Source: Spirochaetia bacterium (GTDB lineage: Bacteria > Spirochaetota > Spirochaetia > DSM-27196 > Salinispiraceae). From it: a stretch of 64,000 nucleotides of DNA. The number at the start of each line of letters is the position of its first letter. Position 1 is the stretch's first letter. Below the pieces are notes generated by a model that saw only the letters and a program-made list of their open reading frames with translations, searched no databases and was not told where the DNA came from. The translations under genes were made by a program, and so were the position numbers. Positions 23,576 to 34,900 of the stretch are shown here, piece after piece. The stretch lies in contig JBBRCZ010000001.1 of NCBI GenBank assembly GCA_038204425.1, positions 448,001-512,000 on the forward strand. Reading direction: 5' to 3'.

Positions 23576-25156
23576 TTATTTGTTGTTTGCAGGGACTGAT
23601 TGAACATAATGACAACCAAGGCTATTTGAATTTTTGTAGGCAGCTAAAGCGATTAGTGACGCGGTAACAATCGCGTTTCTCAATTGTAGAATTTCTCGAT
23701 TTAGGCGTGCTTGCTGGTAAAATTTTTGCACGCGGTGTTCTAGATAGTTTAGATCTGAAATGGCTCTTTCTAGTCTACTTGGTGTTCTAACGATCCCGAC
23801 ATAGTTCCACATAGTAGTTTGAATGCTTGCCAAATCACTTTGAATCAAAATAGGGTCAAACTCAGCCTCACCAGCTGGAGCAATCCAATCTGGTATAGAA
23901 GAGGTCAAGGTTTTGTCCAAAACAGCGGCGCGAGCAACAACATCTTGCCCTGCCCTGACACCAAAAACCAAGGATTCAAGCAAACTTACACTTGCCAAAC
24001 GATTGGCTCCGTGAACTCCGTTACAGGCAGTCTCACCGATTGCGTAAAGGCCAGATAGTTCGGTAGCACCATTGAGGTCGATTTTGATGCCACCGCAAAA
24101 ATAGTGCGCCGCTGGGACGACAGGAATCAAGTCGTTGCGAATATCTATACCCAAACTCAAGCATTTCTCAAAAATACTCGGGAAGCGACGCGAAACATCG
24201 GTATGCTTAATTTTGGTGGCATCAAGCCAAACGTAGCCACCCTCACTTAGCATTTCTTTGTAGATTGCCCTAGCAACTTCGTCACGCGGGGCTAAGTCGG
24301 CTTGCTGAGGGTTATAGTCCTGCATAAAGTATTTTCCATCGCGATTCATTAGCTTAGCGCCCTCACCTCGCATGGCCTCGGTGATAAGAAAGCGTTTAAC
24401 ATCACGGTGAAAAAGAATGGTTGGGTGGAACTGTATATATTCAGCATTGATGATTTCGCAGCCGGCACGATGGGCCATTGCGGCGCAATCACCGGTTGCA
24501 CCTTCTGGATTGGAAGTGTGTTGATAAAGATTGCCAATGCCGCCTCCTGCCAAAACAACGGAAGGGGCAAAAACAGGAAGGACTTCTCCAGTCAGGTTTT
24601 TTAAGACATAGATGCCGAGCACTTTTCGTTCTTTGTAACGTTGTTGCGGATCGCGCGAATGGTGAGTATTGGTGATAATGTCGACTGCAGTTAGTCCCGC
24701 CAAAAAATCCACATTGGGCAGATTTTTTACGTAAGCGACTAAACTCTCTTCAATTGATCGACCGGTATGGTCTTTGACATGCAGGATTCGTCTAACCGAA
24801 TGGGCACCTTCTTGGGTTCTATCAAACTCACCGGTTTCGGTCCGATGAAAAGGAACTTTGGCTTTTTGTATCAAAAACTCGTCAACCAATACTGGCCCGT
24901 CTTCGGCAACAATTTTGATAGCATCGAGGTTGTTGATAAAGCTGCCAGCTTTTTGGATGTCGAGCATAAGCAGGTCAGGGCTATCGCCGACTCCTGTTTC
25001 TACGATGCCGCCTTGGGCATACCAGGTATTGCTTTCGCTTAGTCTGTCATCCTTGGTGATCACCAGCACCCGCACACCTTGCTCAGAGGCCTTTATGGCG
25101 CATGACAGGCCAGCAATTCCGGTCCCTACAACAATCAAATCGTAGCTGTCTTTCAA
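23576..25156 (-). CDS. nadB: L-aspartate oxidase
   Basis: VGTGIAG, SNTWYAQGGI, EGAHSVRRILH, QFHPT, LAPRDEVAR, HGANRLAS; adjacent to nadC. Confidence 0.93.
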   Translation of the reverse strand: MKDSYDLIVVGTGIAGLSCAIKASEQGVRVLVITKDDRLSESNTWYAQGGIVETGVGDSPDLLMLDIQKAGSFINNLDAIKIVAEDGPVLVDEFLIQKAKVPFHRTETGEFDRTQEGAHSVRRILHVKDHTGRSIEESLVAYVKNLPNVDFLAGLTAVDIITNTHHSRDPQQRYKERKVLGIYVLKNLTGEVLPVFAPSVVLAGGGIGNLYQHTSNPEGATGDCAAMAHRAGCEIINAEYIQFHPTILFHRDVKRFLITEAMRGEGAKLMNRDGKYFMQDYNPQQADLAPRDEVARAIYKEMLSEGGYVWLDATKIKHTDVSRRFPSIFEKCLSLGIDIRNDLIPVVPAAHYFCGGIKIDLNGATELSGLYAIGETACNGVHGANRLASVSLLESLVFGVRAGQDVVARAAVLDKTLTSSIPDWIAPAGEAEFDPILIQSDLASIQTTMWNYVGIVRTPSRLERAISDLNYLEHRVQKFYQQARLNREILQLRNAIVTASLIALAAYKNSNSLGCHYVQSVPANNK

Positions 25157-25169
25157 CTGAGCCTCCAGG

Positions 25170-26075
25170 TCACTGGTCTATTCTCAAACTAAAGTTGGCG
25201 TTTTTTACAGAGTGGGTCAAGGCACCAACTGAAATGAAATCCAAACCAAGGGCTGAGTACTCGCCAATTCGCTCTTCTTCCATATCTCCAGATGCTTCAA
25301 ACAAGACCTTTTTTTCCAAACCTAGTTTGGAACGCTCTTGGAGTGCGGCTTTGCAAGCAAGTAGATCCATATTGTCAAGCATGATAATGCCTACGCCTGC
25401 TTCAAATCCCTGACGCACTTCTTCTATGTTTCGACATTCAAGCTCGATGATAAATCTGTCTCGCCACGTGCTTCTAACCGCGTCTACTGCTTTTTGAATG
25501 CTACCAGCAGCGTCAATGTGGTTGTTTTTGATCATTACCATGTCATAGAGCCCGATTCGGTGGTTCTTAGCTCCCCCAACCGCGACCGCTTGCTTGGCCA
25601 AATGACGGTAAGCGGGTAACGTTTTCCTCGTATCAAGAATTACACTCGTGCCATGTAAGCTTGCGATTTCGACCATCTGACGAGTACGGCTGGCTATGCC
25701 CGATAAGTAACCCAAAAAATTGAGAGCAATACGTTCAGCGGCAAGCATAGACTTTACGGCGCCAGATATCTTGAGAACTTGGCTTCCTCGAGCCAAGATC
25801 TGCCCATCTTCGGCTGCCCTCTGTATATCCAACGTGGCATCAACTCTTTTGAAAACGGCTTGGGCATATCCCAGACCAGCTAGGCAAACTTCTTGTTTGC
25901 AAACAATTACTGCTTTAGCTGTTTGATCTTTGAAAATGGCCTGACTGGTAACATCACCCATTTCTGACATGTCTTCTTTCAAAGCGCGTTCCAAAAGATC
26001 TTCAAAATCTGATTGTGCAGCGCGATCCAAACTATCTTTGGCAAAACTCATGTTTAAAACCATGTTTGAAATCAT
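25170..26075 (-). CDS. nadC: Nicotinate-nucleotide diphosphorylase (quinolinate phosphoribosyltransferase)
   Basis: ERIALNFL, LDTRKTLP, NHRIGLYD, IMLDNM, ISVGALTHS. Confidence 0.94.
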   Translation of the reverse strand: MISNMVLNMSFAKDSLDRAAQSDFEDLLERALKEDMSEMGDVTSQAIFKDQTAKAVIVCKQEVCLAGLGYAQAVFKRVDATLDIQRAAEDGQILARGSQVLKISGAVKSMLAAERIALNFLGYLSGIASRTRQMVEIASLHGTSVILDTRKTLPAYRHLAKQAVAVGGAKNHRIGLYDMVMIKNNHIDAAGSIQKAVDAVRSTWRDRFIIELECRNIEEVRQGFEAGVGIIMLDNMDLLACKAALQERSKLGLEKKVLFEASGDMEEERIGEYSALGLDFISVGALTHSVKNANFSLRIDQ

Positions 26076-26470
26076 GTCAAATAGTCACACACAGGACTGT
26101 CAAACCAGAGCTTTTCTAAGTCAAAAAATTCTCTTCCCTCTTTGGTCATTAAATGTACAACAAAGTCTCCGCAATCAAGTAGAATCCAGTTATCATCATC
26201 TTGAACCGTACGCTTGCTGCCGCGGGCATGGATTTCGTGAGGGGCAAGAAACTCATCTACGTTCTTTGTCAGCCCACGCAAGTGCCCTAAGCTTGTAACG
26301 GTGGCTATTACAAACCAATCAGCAAAGCTTGCTCTTTGCGAAATATCCAACAGGACCACATCCATCGCTTTTTGATCCACGAGCAATCGACAACAGGCTT
26401 GAATTATCGACTTGTCGGTGCTCCCTTTTTTGCCATCAAAGGCTTCATTTTGCAATAACTGTCCAACCAT
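26072..26470 (-). CDS. rsfS: Ribosome silencing factor
   Basis: DQKAMDVVLLD, ADWFVIAT, WILLDCGDFVVHLM...FFDLEKLW. Confidence 0.93.
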   Translation of the reverse strand: MVGQLLQNEAFDGKKGSTDKSIIQACCRLLVDQKAMDVVLLDISQRASFADWFVIATVTSLGHLRGLTKNVDEFLAPHEIHARGSKRTVQDDDNWILLDCGDFVVHLMTKEGREFFDLEKLWFDSPVCDYLT

Positions 26471-27644
26471 TAAAATCCCTTCCAAGTAACACTGTTACAT
26501 CAGCACCATCAGCACCATCGCCTTCGATCTGTGTAACGATTTGTTCACATTTAATAATATTGGCAACTCTATTTGCAGCTGCTATATTTCCGCGCCTATC
26601 AATGACTTGAGTTAGTGCGACACTAGTATTGAGGGCGTTGCCTATCGTCACCACATCAATCCCAAAACTTGAGAATAACTCTCTAGTTCGCCTAGCTAGT
26701 CCTGTTAGAAGGGTTCCGTTGAGCACTTCCACTTTGAGTCCCACCGCCCCAGTCTTTCCTTCTTCTGGGCTTTCCAAATTGACAATGATTTGTCGTAAAC
26801 TGTCTTTTAGAAGCTTGCCTTCAAAATGTGGAAAGAACAGTGTCTTTTTTTCACTATTCTGCCCAATATCAACTTGTCTACTGGTTCCTATTACTCGCTG
26901 CGTAACGAGGTCATTGATACGCGTTTTGGCCAATAAGTTAAAATAGCTCTGAAGTCCAGAATCATCAATGTTGCTATCAATATGTTTTCTCAATAAATTT
27001 CTAAACACACTGTTTCTGCTCAAGTCTGATTGATCTGCCCAACGCTGTAAAAGAGCTTTGACTATCGTCCATCGGCGATTACTTAGTGTAAGGTCTCTCG
27101 CCTGACTTTCTTGATACCTCAAAAAATCAAGCACCTTGCCACCATCAAGAGTCTGGTTTCCACTTGGGATCCTGATGGTGTCGTTCTGCTCGTTTGAATC
27201 TATTGAGTCAGGCACAAAAACCGACAAACCACCCATAAGGTCCACCAACGATACCAAGTCGTCAGCATCAATTTTGACATACCAAGGTATTTCTTGGCCA
27301 AGCAGTCCAGAAAGCGACTGGGTAAACTGCTCCATAGTTGACTCTTGGTAAAGCACTTCGAGACTATCAAAACGGTTAAGCTTGTCAATCTTTAGGCCCA
27401 AATTTTGCGGTATGTCTACCAGCGCCACTCTTTTGCTTGCTGAGTTTATCCATATGTAAGCACTGGCATAAATACGATTCTGATCTGCCACAACTATTAG
27501 CAGAGGAACCGTAGATTCCTCTTCCATGCGCACAGACACTTCGTCGACCCTCAATTGGCTATAAATAAAAAGCACCAGACCAATACCAAGTGCTATTAGC
27601 AGGATTACAATCACGATGCCTGGATCGAGTTTTCTTTCATTCAT
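26445..27644 (-). CDS. LCP (LytR-CpsA-Psr) family protein with C-terminal LytR_C domain
   Basis: N-terminal TM, 'LVDLMGG', 'TLDGGKVLDFLRY', 'VEVLNGT...GLA...VTVLLGRDF'. Confidence 0.85.
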   Translation of the reverse strand: MNERKLDPGIVIVILLIALGIGLVLFIYSQLRVDEVSVRMEEESTVPLLIVVADQNRIYASAYIWINSASKRVALVDIPQNLGLKIDKLNRFDSLEVLYQESTMEQFTQSLSGLLGQEIPWYVKIDADDLVSLVDLMGGLSVFVPDSIDSNEQNDTIRIPSGNQTLDGGKVLDFLRYQESQARDLTLSNRRWTIVKALLQRWADQSDLSRNSVFRNLLRKHIDSNIDDSGLQSYFNLLAKTRINDLVTQRVIGTSRQVDIGQNSEKKTLFFPHFEGKLLKDSLRQIIVNLESPEEGKTGAVGLKVEVLNGTLLTGLARRTRELFSSFGIDVVTIGNALNTSVALTQVIDRRGNIAAANRVANIIKCEQIVTQIEGDGADGADVTVLLGRDFNGWTVIAK

Positions 27645-28276
27645 AGGTTTACCTTTTGCGCTAGATCAGCACAGGATTGCAGATCCTGTTTACATTCACC
27701 ACGTGCTTTCTTAAAAAGCTGCGCAGTTAGAGTATCAAGGTCACCGTGTTTTTGAAACCCATGGCAGATTACTCTACAAAGCAAACAATTTAGATCCAGA
27801 TCATTTAATGATTGCCGCCATTCTGAATCGGCATAGCTGCGGCCTGGCTCAATATAGTCAGCAACAAAAAGCAGTTTTGCCAGCTCACCCATGCCGGGAT
27901 GGCCGAGCGTATGGTGAGAGACGGCAGATTCAACTTCATGATCATAGTAGCCAAATTGATGGGCCAGTAGGTGCGCTGCAACTTTTCCATGAAGTAAAAC
28001 AGGTTTTGATTTCTCAAAATCACTGATTGCTAGACCATTGTGGGCGCAATACTTGAGCAAATTGTTGTTTGGCCATTCTCTGGCCATGTCGTGGGCTCTT
28101 GAAGCAATAAGTGCCTTGTTGGGGTCTATGGCAAACTTCTGTGCAAAGTTTTGTGCGGTTTGCTCAACTCGCTGGACATGATCACGTCTGGATGCACTGA
28201 CGTTATCGTTCAAATAGTCCTGAAGACTCATCATTAGTTTCTCGAATGAAAAAGATGAGTCAATTTCAGCTGCCAC
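27641..28276 (-). CDS. yqeK: YqeK-type HD hydrolase (Ap4A hydrolase)
   Basis: RRDHVQRV, AHDMAR, LLHGKVAA, HHTLG, LFVADYIEPGR; GTG 28276 with GGGGGA RBS. Confidence 0.88.
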   Translation of the reverse strand: MAAEIDSSFSFEKLMMSLQDYLNDNVSASRRDHVQRVEQTAQNFAQKFAIDPNKALIASRAHDMAREWPNNNLLKYCAHNGLAISDFEKSKPVLLHGKVAAHLLAHQFGYYDHEVESAVSHHTLGHPGMGELAKLLFVADYIEPGRSYADSEWRQSLNDLDLNCLLCRVICHGFQKHGDLDTLTAQLFKKARGECKQDLQSCADLAQKVNL

Positions 28277-28352
28277 CCGAGTCCCCCAAGCAGTATAAAT
28301 ACACCCTGATGCTTTGCATGTCAATAATTTGGACTAAAGTGTTCAAGAACAA

Positions 28353-29354
28353 CTAGTCAGGCGTTTTGCCAGGGTGAGCAAGATCCCAAAATGCTTTTTT
28401 GAGTTCGCCTAGTCCAAGGTTAGTATGAGCGGAAATACCGTAAATTAGCTCATCTGGATGATTTGCAGTAAAGGCCTTAAAAGCATCGGCAGCCTCTGGC
28501 ATGTCAAGCTTGGTTGCAATAATCAATCGTGGTCTAGAAACTAATTCAGGGGCATACTGTGAAAGTTCTGAGAGCAATGTTTTGAAGACATGCTCATGAT
28601 CAATCTCTTCACTCATATCTACCAAAAACGCCAGCCCTGCCGTCCGGTGGATGTGCTTTAAAAAGCGAAAGCCAAGACCAAGCCCCTGACTCGCGCCTTC
28701 AATAATGCCTGGAATGTCGGCCAAAACGAGTTCTTGATTGTGAATATACATAACACCAAGATTGGGAATTTTGGTAGTAAAGGGATAGGCAGCAATCTTT
28801 GGATCAGCGGCTGTTAGCACCTTAAGCAAACTAGACTTTCCGGCATTTGGAAAACCCACAAAACCAATATCAGCAATCAGGTTCATTTCAATCTTCAACT
28901 CAATCGAGTGACCAGGTAGTCCAGGTTGAGCATAGCGCGGAGCCTGAACGCGACTTGTCGCAAAGTGCATATTGCCTTGTCCACCCCTGCCGCCCTTGAG
29001 CAGCACAATTTCATCGCCATCGTTAACCAAGTCAAGCATAAGCTCAGAACTCTGTGCGTCTAAAATACGGCTCCCGGGTGGAACCGCAATAATTACACTC
29101 TCACCATCGCTGCCACTTTTTTGCCTGCCTGCACCTGGTTGCCCATCACGAGCAAAGTATTTTCCGTTTGGCCGCAAATGGGTTAAAGTCTTTAGATTGC
29201 TTTGCACCTTAATGATTAAGTTGCCGCCACGGCCACCATCACCACCGTCTGGACCACCTCGCGGAATGTATTTTTCGCGCCTAAAAGACACACAACCATG
29301 CCCTCCGTCTCCGGATGCAGCATGGATGAAGAGTTCGTCTATAAAATGACTCAA
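28353..29354 (-). CDS. obgE: GTPase ObgE/CgtA
   Basis: GDGGHGCVSFRREKYIPRGGPDGGDGG, GFPNAGKS, YPFTT, DIPG, TKLD. Confidence 0.97.
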   Translation of the reverse strand: MSHFIDELFIHAASGDGGHGCVSFRREKYIPRGGPDGGDGGRGGNLIIKVQSNLKTLTHLRPNGKYFARDGQPGAGRQKSGSDGESVIIAVPPGSRILDAQSSELMLDLVNDGDEIVLLKGGRGGQGNMHFATSRVQAPRYAQPGLPGHSIELKIEMNLIADIGFVGFPNAGKSSLLKVLTAADPKIAAYPFTTKIPNLGVMYIHNQELVLADIPGIIEGASQGLGLGFRFLKHIHRTAGLAFLVDMSEEIDHEHVFKTLLSELSQYAPELVSRPRLIIATKLDMPEAADAFKAFTANHPDELIYGISAHTNLGLGELKKAFWDLAHPGKTPD

Positions 29355-29369
29355 GTTTGTCTACAGTCC

Positions 29370-29633
29370 TCAGGCTTGAACGGAAACGGGTTGAATAGTA
29401 ATAAGTTTTTTACCAAGCCGTTCCTTAAAAACCACAATGCCTTCAGCTTTGGCAAACAAAGTATGATCCTTGCCACAGCCAACAAAAGCTCCTGGATGAA
29501 AGCGAGTACCACGTTGACGAACCAAAATTTCTCCAGCCTTCACCAAAGTTCCACCATATCGTTTTACACCAAGTCTTTGGGCATTTGAATCACGACCGTT
29601 CTTGGAACTTCCCGCGCCTTTTTTATGTGCCAT
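29370..29633 (-). CDS. rpmA: 50S ribosomal protein L27
   Basis: [16 protein letters not shown]...RQRGT. Confidence 0.98.
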   Translation of the reverse strand: MAHKKGAGSSKNGRDSNAQRLGVKRYGGTLVKAGEILVRQRGTRFHPGAFVGCGKDHTLFAKAEGIVVFKERLGKKLITIQPVSVQA

Positions 29634-29642
29634 TTTTTTCTC

Positions 29643-29999
29643 CTAACCTTGTTTTTCTACTGTTTGTTCTATCTCAATAAGTCCATCCGCCTCTGAAGCA
29701 GCATCGTTTAGCTCTCTCAGCAATAGGTCGCATGCGCCCCGCAACCATGGCCTTACTTCCTTGCTTGTTTTACCGAACTTCAACTCCAAAGAACCTGCAT
29801 GGGCGGCATGTCCGCAAAGCTCAATTCCTGAAGTTTCGATCACCAGACGAGCAAAGGATCGTAGGGCGGAAGAAACGGCCGCACACGCTGGACTAAACGC
29901 TTGGCTTTCTAACGGCGCGTGACCGGTCGAAACAAGCTGCGTTACAATACCATTCCTATCCGTGCGAACCCGAATCTTAATGATAGAAGGTGGCGGCAT
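29643..29999 (-). CDS. Prp-like ribosomal-processing cysteine protease (DUF464)
   Basis: GHA...CAAVS catalytic motif; located between rplU and rpmA. Confidence 0.8.
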   Translation of the reverse strand: MPPPSIIKIRVRTDRNGIVTQLVSTGHAPLESQAFSPACAAVSSALRSFARLVIETSGIELCGHAAHAGSLELKFGKTSKEVRPWLRGACDLLLRELNDAASEADGLIEIEQTVEKQG

Positions 30000-30023
30000 T
30001 CCAACGTCTCCTCTACGAGGTGC

Positions 30024-30335
30024 TTAAGCTTTTACGGACTTTACTCGCAAAAGGCTAAACTGTTGTCGATGTCCCTGCTTGCGGCGATAATCCTTGCGAC
30101 GTTTAAACTTGTAAACCGTGACTTTGTCAGCTTTATAAATTCCTTCACTTACCGCACTTACTTTGGCGCCTTTTACAAAAGGGCCACCAAATGAAACTTT
30201 ATCATCTGAGCTAAGCAACAAAACTGACTCAAATTCGACTGTTTTGCCTTCTTCTACATCAATTAGGTCAACTTTAAGTAAGTCACCTTCTACAGCTTTA
30301 TATTGCTTGCCTTTAATTTCTACAATTGCATACAT
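30024..30335 (-). CDS. rplU: 50S ribosomal protein L21
   Basis: MYAIVEIKGKQY...KFKRRKDYRRKQGHRQ. Confidence 0.98.
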   Translation of the reverse strand: MYAIVEIKGKQYKAVEGDLLKVDLIDVEEGKTVEFESVLLLSSDDKVSFGGPFVKGAKVSAVSEGIYKADKVTVYKFKRRKDYRRKQGHRQQFSLLRVKSVKA

Positions 30336-30361
30336 CGTGTACTAACTTCCTTCTCTTCAAT

Positions 30362-30370
30362 ATTATACCA
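30362..30370 (-). promoter_or_regulatory. Extended -10 element upstream of rplU
   Basis: TG-G-TATAAT on the minus strand 27 nt upstream of the start codon; -35 is weak. Confidence 0.45.
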
Positions 30371-30440
30371 CTTAGATAATTCAGACTGAACTTCTACCAT
30401 AAAACCTTGGCATGGGTCAATCGACGGTCACGGCTAAAAT

Positions 30441-31907
30441 CTATTCAGGCAACGAAGTCGCACCCATTAGGAAGGCATCAGCTGTTTTTGCTGCGCCACG
30501 TCCTTCGTTGATAGCCCAAACAACCAAGGATTGTCCGCGACGGGCATCGCCTGCGGCAAAAACCTTGTCGACATTGGTGGCATAGTTTCCATAACGGGCC
30601 TTAAAGTTACTTCGTTCGTCCAGTTCTATCCCAAGTGCGTGGGCTATCTCGGCTTCTGGTCCCAAGAACCCCATAGCTAGTAACACCAAATCTGCCGGCC
30701 AGGTTTCTTCTGATCCGGCAATTTCTTGCATCTTTGGTGGGCTGCCAGGTTCTTTATTCCACTGAACTCTTACGGTTTTTACGGCCTTAACGGCCCCATT
30801 ACCGTCATCTACAAATTCTTTTGCCAAAATGCTATATTCTCGCGGATCATTGCCCAAGACTGCCTGAGCTTCCTCATGCCCGTAGTCAAGCTTATACAAA
30901 CGTGGGTAGGTTGGCCAAGGGTATTCTTCGGTGCGTACACTGGCTGGTTTGGGCAAAACTTCAAAGTTAACCAGACCCTTACAGCCATGTCTCATGCTGG
31001 TTCCCAAACAATCGTTGCCAGTATCGCCTCCACCAATTACGACTACGTTCTTTTCTTTGGCGTTAATGTAGTTTCCATCCGAAAGCTTGCTATCCAAAAG
31101 ACTTTTAGTATTGGCCGTCAGGAAATCCATAGCAAAATGAACACCCTTTAATTGGCGACCAGGAATGGGAAGATCTCGTGGTCGTGTGGCGCCACACGCC
31201 AGAATTAGAGCGTCGTTGTCTTGATGAAGTTTACTTGCATCTAAGTTCTTGCCAACCCATTGTCCTGTTTTGAATAAAACGCCTTCTTCTGCCATAAGAT
31301 CAACACGTTTTTGCACCAGTACCTTGTCGAGTTTCATGTTGGGAATACCATACATAAGCAGCCCACCGATTCGATCTGCTCGCTCATAAACAGTCACCTG
31401 GTGCCCAGCTTGGTTTAGTTGATCTGCTGCAGAAAGCCCAGCCGGGCCAGAACCAATGACAGCGATTTTTTTTCCTGTTCGCATGGAGGGAATGCGGGGC
31501 GCCATCAAACCATGTTCCCAGCCTTTATCAATTATGGCAGCTTCATTGTCTTTAATTGTTACCGCTGGCTCGTTGATGCCAAGAACACAAGCTGTTTCGC
31601 AAGGAGCCGGACAAACACGCCCGGTAAACTCCGGAAAATTATTGGTTTTTCTCAGACTATAAAAGGCTTCTTCCCAGCGTCCGTGAAATATCAGATCGTT
31701 CCACTCCGGTATGAGATTGTGTATTGGGCACCCGAAAGAGGACTGGCAAAACGGTACACCACAATCCATACAACGGGCACCTTGCTTCTCTCGTTCTTTG
31801 CTATCAAGTTCTACATGAAACTCATCAAAATCTTTAATTCTTTGGCTTGCACTGCGGTCAATAATTGTGACGCGCTGATATTCCATAAAGCCAGTTGGCT
31901 TTCCCAT
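30441..31907 (-). CDS. gltD: Glutamate synthase small subunit
   Basis: [50 protein letters not shown]. Confidence 0.97.
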   Translation of the reverse strand: MGKPTGFMEYQRVTIIDRSASQRIKDFDEFHVELDSKEREKQGARCMDCGVPFCQSSFGCPIHNLIPEWNDLIFHGRWEEAFYSLRKTNNFPEFTGRVCPAPCETACVLGINEPAVTIKDNEAAIIDKGWEHGLMAPRIPSMRTGKKIAVIGSGPAGLSAADQLNQAGHQVTVYERADRIGGLLMYGIPNMKLDKVLVQKRVDLMAEEGVLFKTGQWVGKNLDASKLHQDNDALILACGATRPRDLPIPGRQLKGVHFAMDFLTANTKSLLDSKLSDGNYINAKEKNVVVIGGGDTGNDCLGTSMRHGCKGLVNFEVLPKPASVRTEEYPWPTYPRLYKLDYGHEEAQAVLGNDPREYSILAKEFVDDGNGAVKAVKTVRVQWNKEPGSPPKMQEIAGSEETWPADLVLLAMGFLGPEAEIAHALGIELDERSNFKARYGNYATNVDKVFAAGDARRGQSLVVWAINEGRGAAKTADAFLMGATSLPE

Positions 31908-31933
31908 ATTGTCCTCCTGTACTAGTCAAATGC

Positions 31934-34900
31934 TCAATGGACTGCAGCTGCAGCTTTCTTTTGCATTATCGATCGGTATGCCGGTGATATTACTTTGACA
32001 AATTTTGAGAGATTCTTGTCCCAGTCTTGTAGAATTTCCATTGCTCGCTTGCTGCCCGTCAACTGTGCATGCTTTTCTATAAATGACTTAACTTCAGCGA
32101 TCTCAACTTTATCACTTAGGCTTTCCAGCTCCACCATACCGGTGTTGACTTGATCAGCAAAGTTTCCATTGATGTTGTAAACGTAGGCAATACCGCCTGA
32201 CATACCGGCTGCAAAGTTACGCCCCGTGGCACCGAGGATAAGTACCTTACCGCCTGTCATATACTCACAGCCATGGTCACCCACTCCCTCAACTACCACG
32301 TCCGCGCCAGAGTTACGGACGCAAAAGCGTTCAGCAGCGGTGCCGCTGATAAAGGCCCGACCTTGAATTGCACCGTAAAAAGCGACGTTTCCAATTATGA
32401 TGTTTTCTTCAGCGCGAAAGACAGAATTCTTTGGTGGATAAATCACTAGCTCGCCGCCTGAAAGACCTTTACCAACATAGTCGTTACAATCGCCTTCGAG
32501 CTGAAAGTGTACACCCTTGGCCAACCAAGCACCAAAGCTTTGACCTGCGTGGCCCCTAAAATCAATTTTTAAAGTGTTCTGCGCGAGTCCGGCCAAACCA
32601 TAACGACTTGCAATTTCGTAACTCAACATCGTTCCTACTGAACGATCAGTATTCTTAATCGGATACGACAAGCTGGTAGGCTTTTGTTGTTCTATGGCTT
32701 GCTGAGAGTCTTTGATAATTGTTCGGTCTAAGACGGTTTGGATGCCGTGCTCTTGTGGAATACAACACAAACTGCCGGTCTTTGCCAACTCGTTGCGAGG
32801 TTTTTCCAGAAGTGCCGACAGGTCAATCCCTTGACTCTTCCACATGAGAACTTCCGGGTCAGCCTCTAAAAGATCGGCGCGCCCTATAATCTCATCTAAG
32901 CTTCGCACACCAAGACTCGCCATGATAGCGCGCACGTCCTCAGCAACAAAGCTGAAGTAGTTTACCGCATGCTCTGACTTGCCGGCGAATTTCTTGCGCA
33001 ATGCCTCGTCTTGGGTAGCTACGCCAACTGAACAGGTGTTTTTGTGGCATTTTCGTAACATTATGCAGCCAACTGAGATTAGGGCCGCTGTCGCAAAGCC
33101 ATACTCTTCGGCACCCAACAAGGCCGCTATCACCACGTCACGACCCGTTTTGAGCTGACCGTCGGTCTGTAAAGTAACTCGACTACGCAGATCGTTCATC
33201 ACCAAGGTTTGGTGTGTCTCGGCCATACCAAGTTCCCAAGGCAGTCCAGCATGCTTGATTCCGGTAAACGGAGATGCTCCCGTGCCGCCATCGTGACCAG
33301 CGATCAAAATGTGGTCAGCGTGAGCCTTGGCTACACCGGCGGCAATCGTACCAACGCCTACCTCTGAAACCAGTTTGACACTGATGCGAGCCTTTGGATT
33401 GGCGTTCTTAAGGTCAAAAATGAGCTGTGCCAAGTCTTCGATAGAGTAAATGTCATGGTGCGGTGGCGGACTAATAAGACCTACTCCAGGTGTTGTATGG
33501 CGAGTTTTGGCGATGACTTCAAAAACTTTTGCACCCGGCAACTCACCACCCTCACCGGGCTTGGCACCTTGCGCCATCTTGATTTGGATTTCATCAGCAT
33601 TGGCAAGATATTCGTTAGTGACCCCAAATCGGCCTGAGGCAACCTGCTTGATGGCCGATCGCTTGCTTGTACCATCGGGCAAGGGGTTAAAGCGCTCTGG
33701 CATTTCACCGCCCTCGCCAGTATTGGATTTGCCACCGATAGCATTCATTGCCAAGGCGAGCGTTTCATGAGCTTCCTGACTGATAGATCCAAATGACATC
33801 GCGCCGGTCGCAAAACGCTTCATTATGGCATTGGCTGGTTCAACCTCAGAAAGTGGTATAGCTGTTGAGCCCGACTTAAAGCGCAGCAAACCACGCGGCG
33901 TAAACTGCTGGTTTGATCGTTGGTTTTGGATTGCCGCAAAGGCATCATAGTGGCTTTTGGAGTTCTGACGCACAGCCATTTGCAAGTTTGTAATCGATTC
34001 CGGATCCCACATGTGTTTTTCGCCATTCCAACGATAGTTTAAATCGCCAGGGTTGATTGATTCAAAACCAATAGGAGCGTTACCAAGCGGCCAGGCCAGA
34101 TTATGGCGAGCTATGCCCTCAGCTGCGATTTGTTCAAAACCGACACCCTCGATGCGGCTGGCAGTACCAGTGAAACATTCATTGATAACTTCGCTTGCAA
34201 TACCGACAGCCTCAAAAATCTGCGAGGCTTTGTACGATTCTAGTGTAGAAATTCCCATTTTTCCAAAGACTTTAAGCATGCCGTACTCTATAGCCTTGAG
34301 GTAACCCTTAGTAATCAATTCGCGAGTAAATCCGTGGGCAAACAAACCTTGATCAAACATTTGCCACATTGATTCAAAAGCAAGGTACGGATTGACGGCG
34401 TCAGCGCCGAAACCAGTCAAGGCACAAAATTGGTGAACATCGCGTGGTTCGCCACTCTCGAGCACGAGCCCAATTTGAGTTCGTTTGCTAACTCTTATCA
34501 AATGCTGGTGAACGGCGCCAACTGCCAATAGTGCTGGAATAGCCAGTTGATTGGTCGAAACTAACCTGTCAGAAAGAATGACCAGGCTAAAGCCCTCAGC
34601 AATAGCGTGCTCGACTTCTTTAGCAATTCTTTTTAGGCCGCTTTTGAGGCCGCCCTGCCCCTGACTCAAGGGATAGGTTATATCGATGAGTCTTGACTTC
34701 CAACCGCGGTAGTCCATGTTTTTAAGTTGCTGCAGCTGCTCATTGGTAAGGACGGGATGCTCCAAAACCAAACGATGAGCCATTTCTGGATTGATGTCCA
34801 AAATATTTCGCTCAGGACCAATACTGGTTTTTAAGCTCATGATAATCTTCTCACGAACGCTGTCGATTGGTGGATTGGTAACTTGTGCAAACAGTTGCTT

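Noticed and set aside
25517..25535. NadC reads IKNNH instead of the usual IKDNH
   Set aside because: A single conservative change with all other motifs intact is not evidence of altered function
28353..29354. ObgE is short (333 aa) with no C-terminal domain
   Set aside because: The Obg C-terminus varies widely between lineages and the core motifs are intact
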